This document shows, piece after piece, positions 24,918-38,160 of a stretch of DNA of 64,000 nt. The stretch comes from Octopus vulgaris (Eukaryota). The translations under genes and the position numbers were made by a program. Each line of letters starts with the position of its first letter. Positions within the stretch are counted from its first letter, which is position 1. The stretch covers positions 23,436,001 through 23,500,000 of the forward strand of contig OX597818.1 in NCBI GenBank assembly GCA_951406725.2. Direction: 5' to 3'. Under the pieces are notes generated by a model. That model saw nothing but the letters and a program-made list of their open reading frames with translations, did not search any database and had not been told where the DNA came from.

Positions 24918-25533
24918 CGGGCCTCTTTCACTTTCCAAATCCACTCACAAGGATTTGGTCAGCCCAAGGTTTTGATAGAAGGCACTTGACCTAGGAGCCA
25001 CGCAGTGGGACTGAACCCAGAACCATATGGTTGGGAACCAAGTTACTCCTGCACCTAATTTACAAACAATTAAAAACATTTTATATATTAATTTTTTTAT
25101 CATTTCCCGCTACCTATATTTTATATTTAAAATACCTGTTTTTCCTTTGTAGAATCAATTTTTTAATTTACTAATTCATTTATTTTCTATTCATCTCAGC
25201 TTCCATATCCATGCTCTTGTTATACATTTAAAAATAGTATATTTTATCAAGATCTAATTTAATTTAGATTTAGATATTTTCCCGTCAACATAGTCAACAT
25301 AATAACTGTCAAGCGTATAACATAGTTACTCCCCTTCAATTAAATTTCCTCCCTTCACCAAGCTTGATTAATATTGATTAGTCAATCAGGGATGCTTTTT
25401 ATGATTTTTTTCCGAATTTGTTGTTGTTAGAAGAAGAAGAAGAAGAAGAAGAAGAAGAAGGAGAAGGAGGAGGAGGGGAGGAGGATATTAATATTGATCT
25501 AAATTTGATTTTACTTTTAAAACTATTATGCCC

Positions 25534-25567
<34 letters not shown>

Positions 25568-25571
<4 letters not shown>

Positions 25572-26194
25572 GCCCTGATTTAGTACACTACCCTGATGTA
25601 GTGCCCTGATGTAATAATAATAATGAAATTATTGTATACAGTCCTCAGGTGCACCACAACTTGTCAGAAAGTGTGTATTCTGATCTTAACTGATTGGAAG
25701 TGTTACCATGTACATTGTTTTGCCTTGGTATAAAAGATGGGCTACTGCAAATATTCTGCTCTATACCACAGATTTGCTTGTCAATTGTTTGACCTTAACC
25801 AGCTGAGCATGTCCCTTAGTGGCTGACGATATGTGCATCTCTGATCATGAGCAGAAGTAGTGGGGGAGCATCATAGCCATGTGTTAAGAGGGATTCTTTG
25901 GGGTTTGAATAATTCACCTCTGGAAACATGGGTGTTTCGTTCAACATTCTTAAACAACCCTAATTCAGGGAGCTTTTGAGCAGGATGGGTTACTCGACCA
26001 GAAGAAAATTCTAACTGGGCCCCACCTGCAAGGTCATGTGCTATTTATCTTGATATGAGATCACCATGTCGCGCACATATAGTTGTGATGCATGTGCCTG
26101 GTGTACCCTTATCAGACGGGTAGTCATGATGGATATACTGGGCTTCGTATATTTTACCCGTGTCACTTTGATGGCATGCACTGCTCTCTCACTC

Positions 26195-26232
<38 letters not shown>
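25568..26232 (+). mobile_element. Non-coding retroposon flanked by (AAT)n on both sides
   Basis: About 450 bp shared with 34965-35445; both end CTCTCACTC(AAT)n and are preceded by (AAT)n. Confidence 0.7.
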
Positions 26233-26234
<2 letters not shown>

Positions 26235-26580
26235 GGGGGGAAAGGCATCAGAGAAGCGATGCATACCCTGCATACACACAAGGATAAAATAGAATTTAAT
26301 TTAGTAAATATATTCTCAAACAAAATTCATATTTCAACAAAATGACATCAAGAGTTATTTCCCCTGCTTATCGTTCACGCATATATTTATGTGTAAGAAA
26401 AGACAGACATTTTGATTCATCCATCTGCCAAAATTGAATGAGTTCAAACCAATTACCCATGAGTATTTCTGCCAAATTTGGTGAAAATCCATTCAGCTGT
26501 TTTCCAGTAATTTTGCAAACACACGGGCAAACAGACTAAGATGACCAACTACAATACCCTGCTTTTGCTTATGCATGCAG

Positions 26581-26623
<43 letters not shown>

Positions 26624-26639
26624 TTCGGCCACTGTATTT

Positions 26640-28223
26640 AAATGTATTTAATGTATTTAAATCAGTGGTTACCAGCAAGCGGAGGACGTGAACCAAAGGG
26701 GGCACAAAGATGCTGATAAGATGCTGTTTGGGAATTCTGGATGAGCTAGCGGCCAAGTTTGACCTGAGGCTGAGTGTGGTTTTTGTGCCCTCTGAGAGGA
26801 ATACAGTGGACGTCCTGACTAGAGTAAAGAAAGCCTGGCTGCAGGTGTCGGAGGATCTGGAGCAAGGAGTGGCTGCAGTGTATCAACTGAGTGACACAGA
26901 GCTGAGAAGACTGCATTCCATGCATCACATGGGGGTGGACGGGATCCTGTTCCTAGTCAGGAAAGTTGACTCTGATGTGACCAGGCAGAGTGTGCAGAGA
27001 GTAGTTGGGAGCTGTGACAGGTGCCAGTCCATTGACACTGCTCCAGGAATGAGGCAGGAAGCATTCCAGTAGAACACAACTGGAAACGTCTGGCAGTGGA
27101 CATGATGCACTACCGGCATACCTCTCGATGGTCGACTGTCAACTGGAGCAGTTGGCCATATGAAGGTGGGGACCATGTAAGAAATCACAAGAATACTAAA
27201 TGAGATATTCCTAGAATGAGGCCCTGTGGATGAGCTGCTTGTGGATAATGGCCCTGCATTTCGCTCGGAGGTGCTGAGGGAAACGTGTTAGCCGTTTCCT
27301 CAGGGCAGCGTACCAGCCAAGTGGCAATAGGGTTGTAGAGAAGCATCATTGCACCATCAAGACCATAGCAGAGAGGGGCCACATCTCACCAATCGAGGCC
27401 ATTTTTTGGTATAATATGTTGCCCTGGTTGGGATAGAGCAAGGACTCAGTTCCATACAAGGAAATATTCAAGTATGAGTTGAGAAATACATGTACTGCAT
27501 TGCCACAATCCACAGAAGAGAAAGAGCATGCCTTTGTGCAAGTCGGGGAAGAAGTCTGGATTAAAACCCCAAATTTTCAGTGCACATCACAATGGGGAAA
27601 GGGGACAATAAATTTGAATAACAATGTGTCCATAGATGACATGCCACATCATGGTTTGAATGTGCGCAGGATCATCAATGCGATGGAGGATAGAAACAAC
27701 AGTAATGGACAAGAGGACGAAGCTGGCAGCAACATGCCAGGGACTGAGGCCAGTCCTGAAGTCCCACGGCGGTCACAGAGGGAGTTGTGCCCTCCTCACT
27801 GGTTGACTGATTATGAGACAAGTTAAGGCGTGTGGTCAGGGTTGAGGAGAAGGAATGGGCAAGTTGGTTGAATGATCATCAGATCGGTTGGGTTGGGGCA
27901 TGTGGTGTTATGAGCCAGGCTGTGTTGTAAGGAAGGACTGGAAGTGAAGGAGTATGCATGTCCTGTTGGAAGTGTGGCCAGTGAGTCCCACCGGAAGGGC
28001 CACAGTGGGCATGCAGGGTTGGCAAGGCCTGAGAGGGCAGTTGGCAGTGTTATATGGTACAGTAGCAGACAGAGCACGTTGATTTTGTGAGCAGCCCCTT
28101 CCACATAGATAGATAGTACAGTGGCAGACAGAGCATGTGAACCCTGTGAGTGACCCTTCCAGATACTCAGGTAAGACAACCATAATTCTCTTTCTGGTTC
28201 CATCTTTTCCTCCTTCACATCAC
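26640..28223 (+). mobile_element. Gypsy LTR retrotransposon 3' remnant (RNase H end, integrase, 3' LTR about 27830-28223)
   Basis: VVFVPSERNTVDVLTR; HHCC zinc finger (HSMHH...CDRCQ); WKRLAVD; LLVDNGPAFRS; EKHHCTIK. After the stop comes a short purine-rich run, then a TG...CA segment. Confidence 0.85.
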
Positions 28224-28519
28224 AATTTTCTTTACCTCTTTGTAAATTTTCTTTTTTAACCCTTCCATCCCTTGATCACAACTACTGCACTCTCTTTCCA
28301 GTGTGACACACAAACTGGAAACAAACCCATTAATAATTTGATATCCATTGATAGTTTTTAAACATCTCAATCACAAAAGAACAATGTTTCATGCACCACT
28401 GCATCAGACCTGCAAAGTGGCTTCATGCATTCTACTTGACACCACTAAACACATGACCCACTTTTCATTCCTGTCAACAGCAATATTAGCTATGAAATGT
28501 TTACATTCTCTTAGTTCCT

Positions 28520-28855
28520 TGTAATTCAAACTGCTTAATGGTCCCAACAGACAAAATGGGAAAAGTGTTGCCCCAGAAGGATGGTGAGGGAGATGCGCTG
28601 AAACAGACAATCTGACTTACAGGGCTTGTACTTGCAGATAGCCATCTCGGCTATAGTGATAAGCAGGGATATGGTCCAAAGGTCAAGAGTGCTGGAGGTC
28701 TCCACTACCACAGGCTCAACAGTAAACTTGTCAGAGAGCAATTGATATTTTGACCATGTGCTCTTCTCAGCCAAATGAGTAGCCGAGCTTGGATTGGTAG
28801 CTGAACACATCAAGTTGGCACTGGAGAAGACATCACAGTATGTGACATTCTAGAG
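28520..28855 (-). mobile_element. CRE-type (restriction-like endonuclease) non-LTR remnant
   Basis: AEKSTWSKYQLLSDKFTVEPVVVET...LFQRISLTI matches the AE..K..KY...F.P..VET.G...FQR.S pattern of RLE-domain C-termini. Confidence 0.6.
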
Positions 28856-29276
28856 TGACTTTGCATTTTATATATTAAGATTCCAATATATGTATTACAA
28901 CCAAGTAATAACAATAAAACTCTGTAACTGAGAGATTTTGTTGCATAAAATCAGATATGCCTATTACTAACTGGAAAGAGATACTATTCATATTACTAAC
29001 TAAAATGCAATTGCTATTAACTATGTCATCTTTTGTTCAATAACAATAGAAAAAGGTGACAGTGAAGTTTTTAGTGTTACTGCCACACTCAAAGTCTGTT
29101 ACTGTAATAAAAGTAATAATATATATAAAACAGCATAACGTAGTTATTTACAGAACATATTATCAATGTCTGAGAATTTGAAGGCCACTTCAGAAAGATA
29201 AGCATAATAATTAGAATAACTTATAAACATGCTCCTTTTCAATCTTCTTAATGTTCAAATGGACAAAGAATTACAT

Positions 29277-30160
29277 TCATCATCATCATCGTTTAATGTC
29301 CGCTTTCCATGCTAGCATGGGTTGGACGGTTTGACTGAAGTCTGGAAAACCAGATGGCTGCACCAGACTCCAATCTGATCTGGCTGCGTTTCCACAGCTG
29401 GATGCCCTTCCTAATGCCAACCACTCCGAGAGTGTAGTGGGTGCTTTTACGTGCCAGTCAGGCAGTACTGGCAACATCCACGCTCAAATGGTGCTTTTTA
29501 TGTGCCACCTGCACGGGAGCCAGTCCAGCAGCACTGGCAATGACCTTGCTCGAATGTTTTTTCACGTGCCACCAGCACAAGTGCTAGTAAGGCGACGCAG
29601 GTAGTGATCACGCTCAAATGGTGTTTTTAATGTGCCATCAGCACAGAGGCCAGCTTGTTGCTCTGGCAACGATCTCACTCGTATGGTACTCATAGCACTC
29701 CACTAGCACGGATGCCAGTCATCAAATTTGATTTCGATTTCACTTGCCTCAACAAGTCTTCCCAAGCAGAGTTTAGTGTCCAATGAAGGAAAGGCATGCA
29801 TAAGTGGACTGGTTACACCCCTAGCATAGGCCACAAGGTAATGGTCTCACTTGCGCTTACCAAGTCTTCTCAAGCACAGAATATTTCCAGAGGTCCCGAT
29901 CACTAGTCATTGCCTCGGTGAGGCCCAATGTTTGAAGGTCATGCCACCTCATCCCAGGTCTTCCTGTGTCTATCTCTTCCATAGGTTCCCTCAACTGCTA
30001 GGGTGTGGCACTTTTTCACACAGCTATCGACATCCATTCTTACCACATGACCGTACCAGCATGGTCGTCTCTCTTGCACACCACATCTGATGTTTCTTAG
30101 GTCCAACCTTTCTCTCGAGGCACTAACACTCTGTCAAGTATGCACACTGACATTACACAT
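29277..30160 (-). mobile_element. RTE LINE 3' end and 3'UTR
   Basis: (CAT)n tail plus GTTTAATGTCCGCTTTCCATGCTAGCATGG. Minus-strand coding remnants (CNVSVHT...LRWYGHV) at 29900-30160. Confidence 0.75.
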
Positions 30161-30241
30161 GGTGAATATCAGATTATGACTACAGGCAAACAGAACCTCT
30201 CTTTCATTTCAGCAACATGCTTCTTGTCAAATAAATAGTCC

Positions 30242-31241
30242 TGTTACATACGACTTGAGGGAAATTCCTCTCTGTTATATGTACATAAATATGGACGTTG
30301 TAGATAACAGCTAGCCTTCGGCCGCCCTTTTGGACCCTGTTATGTCCACTACTCTGATTGGTTGGTATTGGTGCAATTTGTCTCTTGCTCTATTGCGCGC
30401 CAATATGCAACCCAACCAAGCCTTCTGATAAGGTCACATGAGACAGTCTCTTACAAACTTCCAGTGAGCCAATAGCATGCTATAAAACTGTAGTTTCACT
30501 CTGTCTCGATGTCTTTCGGTTCCAGACCTTTTAAGGTCTAGCCACTGACCACACAGGACACAGCCAGTTACAGTGACAACACAACAGCAGCCACATGGAG
30601 ACACAACTTCGTCCAGCAGCATTCAGGACCTCCATCTCTGTCGCCTCCATCTTCTTAACATCATCAACAACATCTCTCTACATACACAGCAACCCTTGCA
30701 CAGGTTCTATCTCAACACTGTTTGTAAATTACTTCACCATGGTTTAGCAGCAAATACAACCTGCGAGAACTTCCTGTATCGAGTAACTGGCAGCAGCATA
30801 GTAGCCACAGCTTCTTATATGGCATGTGTCTCAACCAGCTCTGCATTACTGCCACAACTTCTTATTACAGCACTTCACCTATTGTGTACGTTGACTACGA
30901 ACTGGTATTTATCATCCTTGTGTCTGAACATTCTTCTAACATTCTATTATAGACTCTCTCAATGCTCTGTACTTATCGCACACACATACATCCATGTTTG
31001 TACACACATGACGGCCTGTCTATTATTATGTATATATGACACATGCACTCACATGTTAATATATAAATAAAATATTCTCTTAAATATTCTGCCCGGTTGT
31101 GTCTCTCTTTTCCTTCTGGCACTTATACTCATTTATTCTTTTCGCATTTATTGTATCGACCGTGTGGTGTACTAAAGGAGCCATTCTCATCACCTCTCCT
31201 AGTACAGTCGTTTACAGTCCTCTACCTAACAAAACGTAACA
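30242..31241 (+). mobile_element. Probable solo LTR (about 1 kb)
   Basis: TGTTAC...GTAACA termini, CCAAT boxes, TATAAAA at 30481, AATAAA at about 31066. No matching TSD found. Confidence 0.55.
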
Positions 31242-32089
31242 ATATAATGGTACATCAACATTCAGGACACTGATGGTCTAGAATTTCTTGTTATCCACAC
31301 TAATTTATGAGCAGGAACTTCAAAGTCCTGTGACTCCCAGACTGGTTTACTGGTACCTTACACAATACAGTATTACTAAACTTGTATTATTTACACTAAT
31401 GTTAAGTCAACAAGCTGTCAGAGTCATTAGTACACTGGGCAAAATTCTTAGACCCTTTCATCTATCTTTATGTTTTGAGAGTTCAAATTCCACTGAGGTT
31501 GACTTTGTTTTGCATCCTTTCAGAGTTGGTAAACTTAAATAAGTACCTGTAGAGTACTAGAGTCAATGTAATCAACTAACCAACTTCCACAAAATTGCTA
31601 GCCTTGTGCCAAAATTTGAAATCATTATTTTTACTAATTACCTGTATTTCACTTAATTTTCTCAAACTTTTTTCAACCATTATACTGTGGCCATGCTGAG
31701 GCACCCACATGAAGAATTCCAAATTGACCTAGTACTTGATTTTTTTTAAAGCTTGCTACTTATTCTATCAGGGGATGTAAACACACCAAAACTGGTTGTC
31801 AAGTGGTGAGTGGGGTAGAAACACATACACAAAGACATACACACCATGCATGCACACACATATCTGAGAGGGTTCTTTTAGTTTCCATCTACAAAAACCT
31901 CTCGCAAAGTTTTGGTTTTAGTATCCACATGGTACTAAAGAAAGACCTTGATATCATATACATGAGGGTAATGAATACAACAACTAATTCAATGAAGAAC
32001 GTTTTAAATATATCACTATGCTTCTCCCAACTCATTAGAATCTCAAGTAAAAGATCTGCTTCTATGAAACTGTCTAATGTATCATCTTG

Positions 32090-34562
32090 ACAACCAATGA
32101 CAGTATCATTATTATCATGGTTGTAAGATCAATGGACATGTTGGATAGTACTATGGTGGCTACTATGAAGCACATGGTAGTTATGGCTTTGGTTCTAGAA
32201 AAGAGGAGGAATCATTGCTTCTGGAATCCTATGGTGCAAATTAACTAATCCTCTTAAACATAAACTTCAGAAAACCATCTGCCATTTGATCATCCTCCAA
32301 TCAGGAAAACATACAAGCCAAATAGATTTTGTTCTCTCCAAGAAAAGAGATAGATGAATGGTTATAAATACTAAGTTTTTTACCTCATGAAAAATGTGCC
32401 AACTAATAATAATCTACTGATTAATGACTTCAAAATAAGAGCTAGACAGATTGAGAGACAAACAGTTTGGAGAAAGAAGAGATGGGAACTAAAACATCCT
32501 TCTGCTAGATATATGTTCAGTGTGATTATAGATGACACATATTATGAAAAGAAAGAGAAAACAGAAACCTGAGCCTGAAGGATAAGAAATCAGAGAAAGT
32601 AGCTAGTCCATCAATTAAAGTTGCTGAGATACTGAAATTATCCTGTGAAATAGAATTCAATCTATTTGCCCACTCAGTGAAATATGTAATACAGAGAGAT
32701 GTCATAACTAATGACTGGTGTAGCAGCATAATCATTGACTGCAGCAAGGGCTAAAAAATTACTCTAGAAAGAAGCAACCACAGAGACATCAAACTGACAG
32801 ACCAAGTTATGAAATTAACAAAGCTTAATTGATTAGAAAGAGACTCCACTTTGATGATATGCAAGTTGGATGGGTCCCAGGCCAATGTACTACTGATAAT
32901 TTCTTCATAGTTAGATAACTTCAAAAGAAGAGAGTAAGACTCTTCACTTAGCATTTATAGATCTAGAGGTGACCTTTGATAGAGTATCAAGACAGTAGCT
33001 AAGAAAACTAGGATTTTATAGGGGATCTAGTGAGGGCAATGCAATCCATGTATCAAGATGCATTCATCAAAGTGAGGCAATGAGTTCAGTAAGGAATTTA
33101 GAGTTCCTAAGGCTTGGTTTTCAATCAACCTCTTGTTTAGAGAATCCTTCAGGAGTTTAAGGTTGGTTACCTATGGGAACTCTTTTATGCTGATGACCAG
33201 ATTTGTAGGCACATTACCCCGCTTGACAGCAGGTAAACAAGCTGGCTATACAGATATAGAGGGTGTTATACAACATTAAGCTTCAGACGCATGACCTCAT
33301 CTCTTCCTCTTTTCTACATTGACATGCAAGCTATGAAGACGCAACTTGACTGGCTCTATCCTATGTCACAGGCCAGTTTGTACATAGGAGCACAGCACAG
33401 AAGACCATGGCCCTTACACACCAACCATTTTGTTTATCATTCCATTGTGTATATATGTGCAGCCACAATAAACGTGTTTAAAGTTACAACCTTGCTTGTA
33501 TATGTTTTTCATCTGGGTTTACTACCAGCGAGATTACAGCCTTCTGAGAGTCATATTAGGTGGCTCAATAACGACCTGTACCATCTAAAAATTCTTATTG
33601 TAGAGAGTGAGAAAGATTTTGAAAAGAAAATCCAAATGTAAAAACAAAATTAGAATCAAAAGACTTCAGAGCAAATTCGTGAAGACTAAAGTTTTGTAAG
33701 TAGGAAAGAAAACAGGATACTAATGCCAATGGCTATACTATATTTGTAGAAAAAGAGCAGGTAGAAATTCTATACAATGTACAAAATGTGGACTATAGGT
33801 GCACTAGAGATGTAAAGGAATCAAAAGCAGGATGATTGTGAATAAAGACTTTAACTGTGGTATATATTCATGAGTGGTTATCCTTCAGAACAGCAGTAAA
33901 ATTAATTCCTTACTATGCTCAGAAGGTTCTATAGAAGTTGTTGATAGCTTCTGTTACCTGGATGACCTAATCAGCAGTGGAAGAGAGCGTTCTGAAAGCA
34001 TAGTAGCAAGAATTAGGATGAAAATATTCAAGGAACTATTACTTCATCTGACAACAAGAGGATTTTCACTCCAATTGAATTGTACATTGTTAGATGCTAG
34101 TGAAAAATTGTGATGTTGCATGATAATGAGAGATGGACACTGAATACAGATGACATGCACAGGCTAGAAAAAAATAAAGCCAGCATGATCTGTTGGATGT
34201 GTAATGTCGTTGTGTATGAACAAAAAGGCATAGATGAGCTAAGAGAAAAACTGGATATTTGAAGAATCATAAGTGTGCAAGAGAGACACAGTTAAGCTGG
34301 TATAGACAAGCAATGCATATGGATGATGAGAGAGGGTTGAAGAAGTAGCAGGAGATTCATGCGAAAAGAATAAGTGGAGGAGGTAGACTAAAGAAGACAT
34401 GGGCAGAAGAGGCAAAAGTTTATCTCAGGAAGCTGAATGTCATAAAGGAAATAACAAAAATGCAACAAGAGGCAGGATGCTGTGCTTGAAAAGTCCCTTC
34501 CTATCTATGTAACAATAGGAAAATGGATGTAAAAATGATGATGATGAATGATGATGATGATG
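32090..34562 (+). mobile_element. Degenerate RTE LINE (endonuclease remnant, RT, Cys/His finger, 3' tail)
   Basis: SQIDFVL, AFIDLEVTFDRV, WELFYADD, IEVVDSFCYLDDLIS; (GAT)n tail. Confidence 0.85.
33204..33583 (+). mobile_element. About 380-bp insertion (probable solo LTR) just after the YADD motif of the RTE
   Basis: TGTAGG...GTACCA termini, internal AATAAA near 33467. RTE reading resumes after it (ILIVESEKDFEKK). Confidence 0.5.
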
Positions 34563-34844
34563 TAGGTGATGATATGTATGCACGCATACATATATGGTGA
34601 CTGCCAACTGTCAATGGACGAGTAAAACCATCACTGACAAAAACTATCTTACTCTAGCTGTTAAAGTTAATGGCTATCGGCAATGACCATTCTGAAATTT
34701 AAAGTCAATAACAGCTTGCACAGCTTAGACCCTCCCTTATCAAGTCCAGAAACAAGCAAAAACAAGATCTCTAGCTTTATAGTGGGTGGGTGTTGTTTCA
34801 AGATTTTCTTCTCCTTGAGGGATGTCTATACAATGACGCCAATG

Positions 34845-34915
34845 GGCATATGGCATAGTGATTAAGGGCATGGGCAACTAACACCCAAGATTCTGAGTTC
34901 GATTCCAGGCAGTGA

Positions 34916-34969
<54 letters not shown>

Positions 34970-35390
34970 CACAGATTTGCTTGTACTCAATACCACAGAT
35001 TTGCTTATCAGTTTTTTGACCTTAACCAGTTGACCATGTCCCTTAGTGGCTGACGATATGTGCATCTTTGATCACAAGCAAAAGTAGTGGGGGAGCATCA
35101 TAGGGATTCTTTGGGGTTTGAACAATTCACCTCTGGAAACATGGGTGTTTCGTTCAACATCCTTAAACAATCCTTATTCAGGGACCTTTTGTGTGGGATG
35201 GACTGCTCAACCAGAAGAAAATTCTAACTGGGCCCCACCTGCAAGGTCATGCACTGTCTATGTTGCACACATATGGTTGTGATGCATGTGTCTGGTGTAC
35301 CCTTATCAGATGGGTAGTCATGATGGGTATACTGAGATTCATATATTTTACCCCATTGTCACTTTGATAGCATGCACTGCTTTCTCACTC

Positions 35391-35449
<59 letters not shown>

Positions 35450-35610
35450 CAACATTGAAAAGTACCTTAGGAAATAGAACCCAGGTTCAAAATTTCCCCA
35501 AGACATCTGATGAAGGCTGAAACGTGTTAACAACAAACAAGATGAGGACAAATATCTGTCAATGTAAATAATGTTAACAATTTACATAATTCCTCATCTC
35601 TTAAATATAA
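34845..35610 (+). mobile_element. Cluster: tRNA-like head, (AAT)n, retroposon, (AAT)n, Penelope-like pLTR
   Basis: GAGTTCGATTCC B-box-like head; segment shared with 25750-26232; pLTR shared with 22510-22680, including CTGATGA-AGGCT-GAAAC (stem II deleted). Confidence 0.65.
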
Positions 35611-35862
35611 TGACTAGAGGGTCTCTCACTTCCAGCTTTAGGTTGGCCATTTACTCTACTAAGTTCATTTGTCTTTTGACAGGCATTGTTTTCCCTCCTG
35701 CAGTGTCTAACAGAAACAACCCTCCATACCAAGCAAGCTTGGTTGGGCTGGCATGTGACAGATTGTACTGGTTAACAGTAACTCTAAGAGTTATCTATAT
35801 ATATATATGTACACACACACACACACAAATAAATAACTATGTCTATATTTCTGTCCATACTC

Positions 35863-35908
<46 letters not shown>

Positions 35909-35963
35909 TGTGTATAAAAATCATAAATCTGAAAGAAGAAGCACACTCTAAGATGTAGAATAG

Positions 35964-36228
35964 TATATATTAAAAATGGGGAAGTACAGTTTATGGAATT
36001 ACCTTAGCTTTCCCATCCATAAAGGGTTTAGCTTTGTGGTGTATTGTCAGATCCCAAAAACCTGTTGGCCTACGAACTTTTAAAAATATGGCATTTCCCC
36101 ATCCATGTTTTTAAGAGTCATGGGCCAACAGGTTTTTGGGATCTGATGATACGCCATAAAACTAAACCCTTTATGGATGGGAAACCTAAGGTAATCCCAT
36201 AAACCAGCCTTTCCCATTTAAATATATA
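35964..36228. mobile_element. Palindromic (inverted pLTR) Penelope-like insertion in (TA)n
   Basis: About 125-bp arms (35964-36091 vs 36103-36228), about 11-nt loop; each arm carries a hammerhead motif. Confidence 0.75.
36131..36205 (+). ncRNA. Type I hammerhead ribozyme motif
   Basis: Stem I GGTTTTTGGGAT/ATCCCATAAACC (11 of 12 pairs); CTGATGA 36143-49; stem II CCATAAA/TTTATGG with imperfect base; GAAA 36181-84; short stem III ACC-TAA-GGT; GUA cleavage triplet ending at 36193. Confidence 0.65.
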
Positions 36229-36784
36229 TATATATATTACTTCCAGCTGTGGGCTGACCATTGACTCTACTAAGTTCATTTGTCTTTTGACATGCTTTGT
36301 TTTCCCCCCTTCAGTATCTAACAGAAACGACCCTCCATACCAAGCAGGAGTGGCTGTGTGGTAAGTAGCTTGCTTACCAACTACATGGTCTGGGTTCAGT
36401 CACACTGTGTGACACCTTGGGCAAGTGTCTTCAACTATAGCCTCCAGCTATATATATATATATATTTATGATATATGATAAATAAAGAATTGGACTTAAA
36501 CACAGTTGTTATTCAAATCTTTATACTTCCAACATATGTTTCGAAGAAAACATTAGTATTATTCCAGAGGGAATAAAATGATGTAAAACAATGCAATCTT
36601 CTCACCAGGGAAAAAAAGAAACAAAACATATCAATAAGCCATTTTAACAGAATGTGATGACTGGAATTTCTACCTTTATATGTAGACCATAGCATCTTGG
36701 GTACTTATGTGGATTTTTTGCATTCATTTATTTTTTCTGTGTTATTTGTACACATTGAAAAAATACACAATCATTTATATGTGC

Positions 36785-37866
<1,082 letters not shown>

Positions 37867-37885
37867 TATATATATAAACACACAC

Positions 37886-37926
<41 letters not shown>

Positions 37927-37949
37927 GATATATATATATATACATATAT

Positions 37950-38160
37950 AGATAGTTGAAATTTACAGAAAAACAAAAGATGAAGACAGGTGTATAAACG
38001 ACAAAGAGGAGTATTAGTTTAACGCTCATGAAATTGAGAAAGTCTTTTATGTTTCGAGCCTACACTCTTCAATAGGAAGGAACACAAGGAAATAAACAGA
38101 GAGAGAGAATAAAAAAACTTTTAGAGCTAGTGGTCAATCATGGCAGCTGGCTGGACAGAG
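37950..38160 (-). mobile_element. Penelope-like pLTR remnant next to (TA)n
   Basis: Minus strand TTGAAGAGTGTAGGCTCGAAACAT, a hammerhead-core-like signature. Followed by a GT/GGT-rich low-complexity tract at 38280-38740. Confidence 0.4.

Noticed and set aside
29440-29720. CRISPR-like or spaced repeat (CACGCTCAAATGGTG...GTGCCA units)
   Set aside because: Degenerate internal tandem repeats of the RTE 3'UTR; eukaryotic context, no constant repeat/spacer lengths, no cas genes
30573-31070. 165-aa ORF
   Set aside because: Non-ATG start, no recognisable domain, lies inside a probable solo LTR
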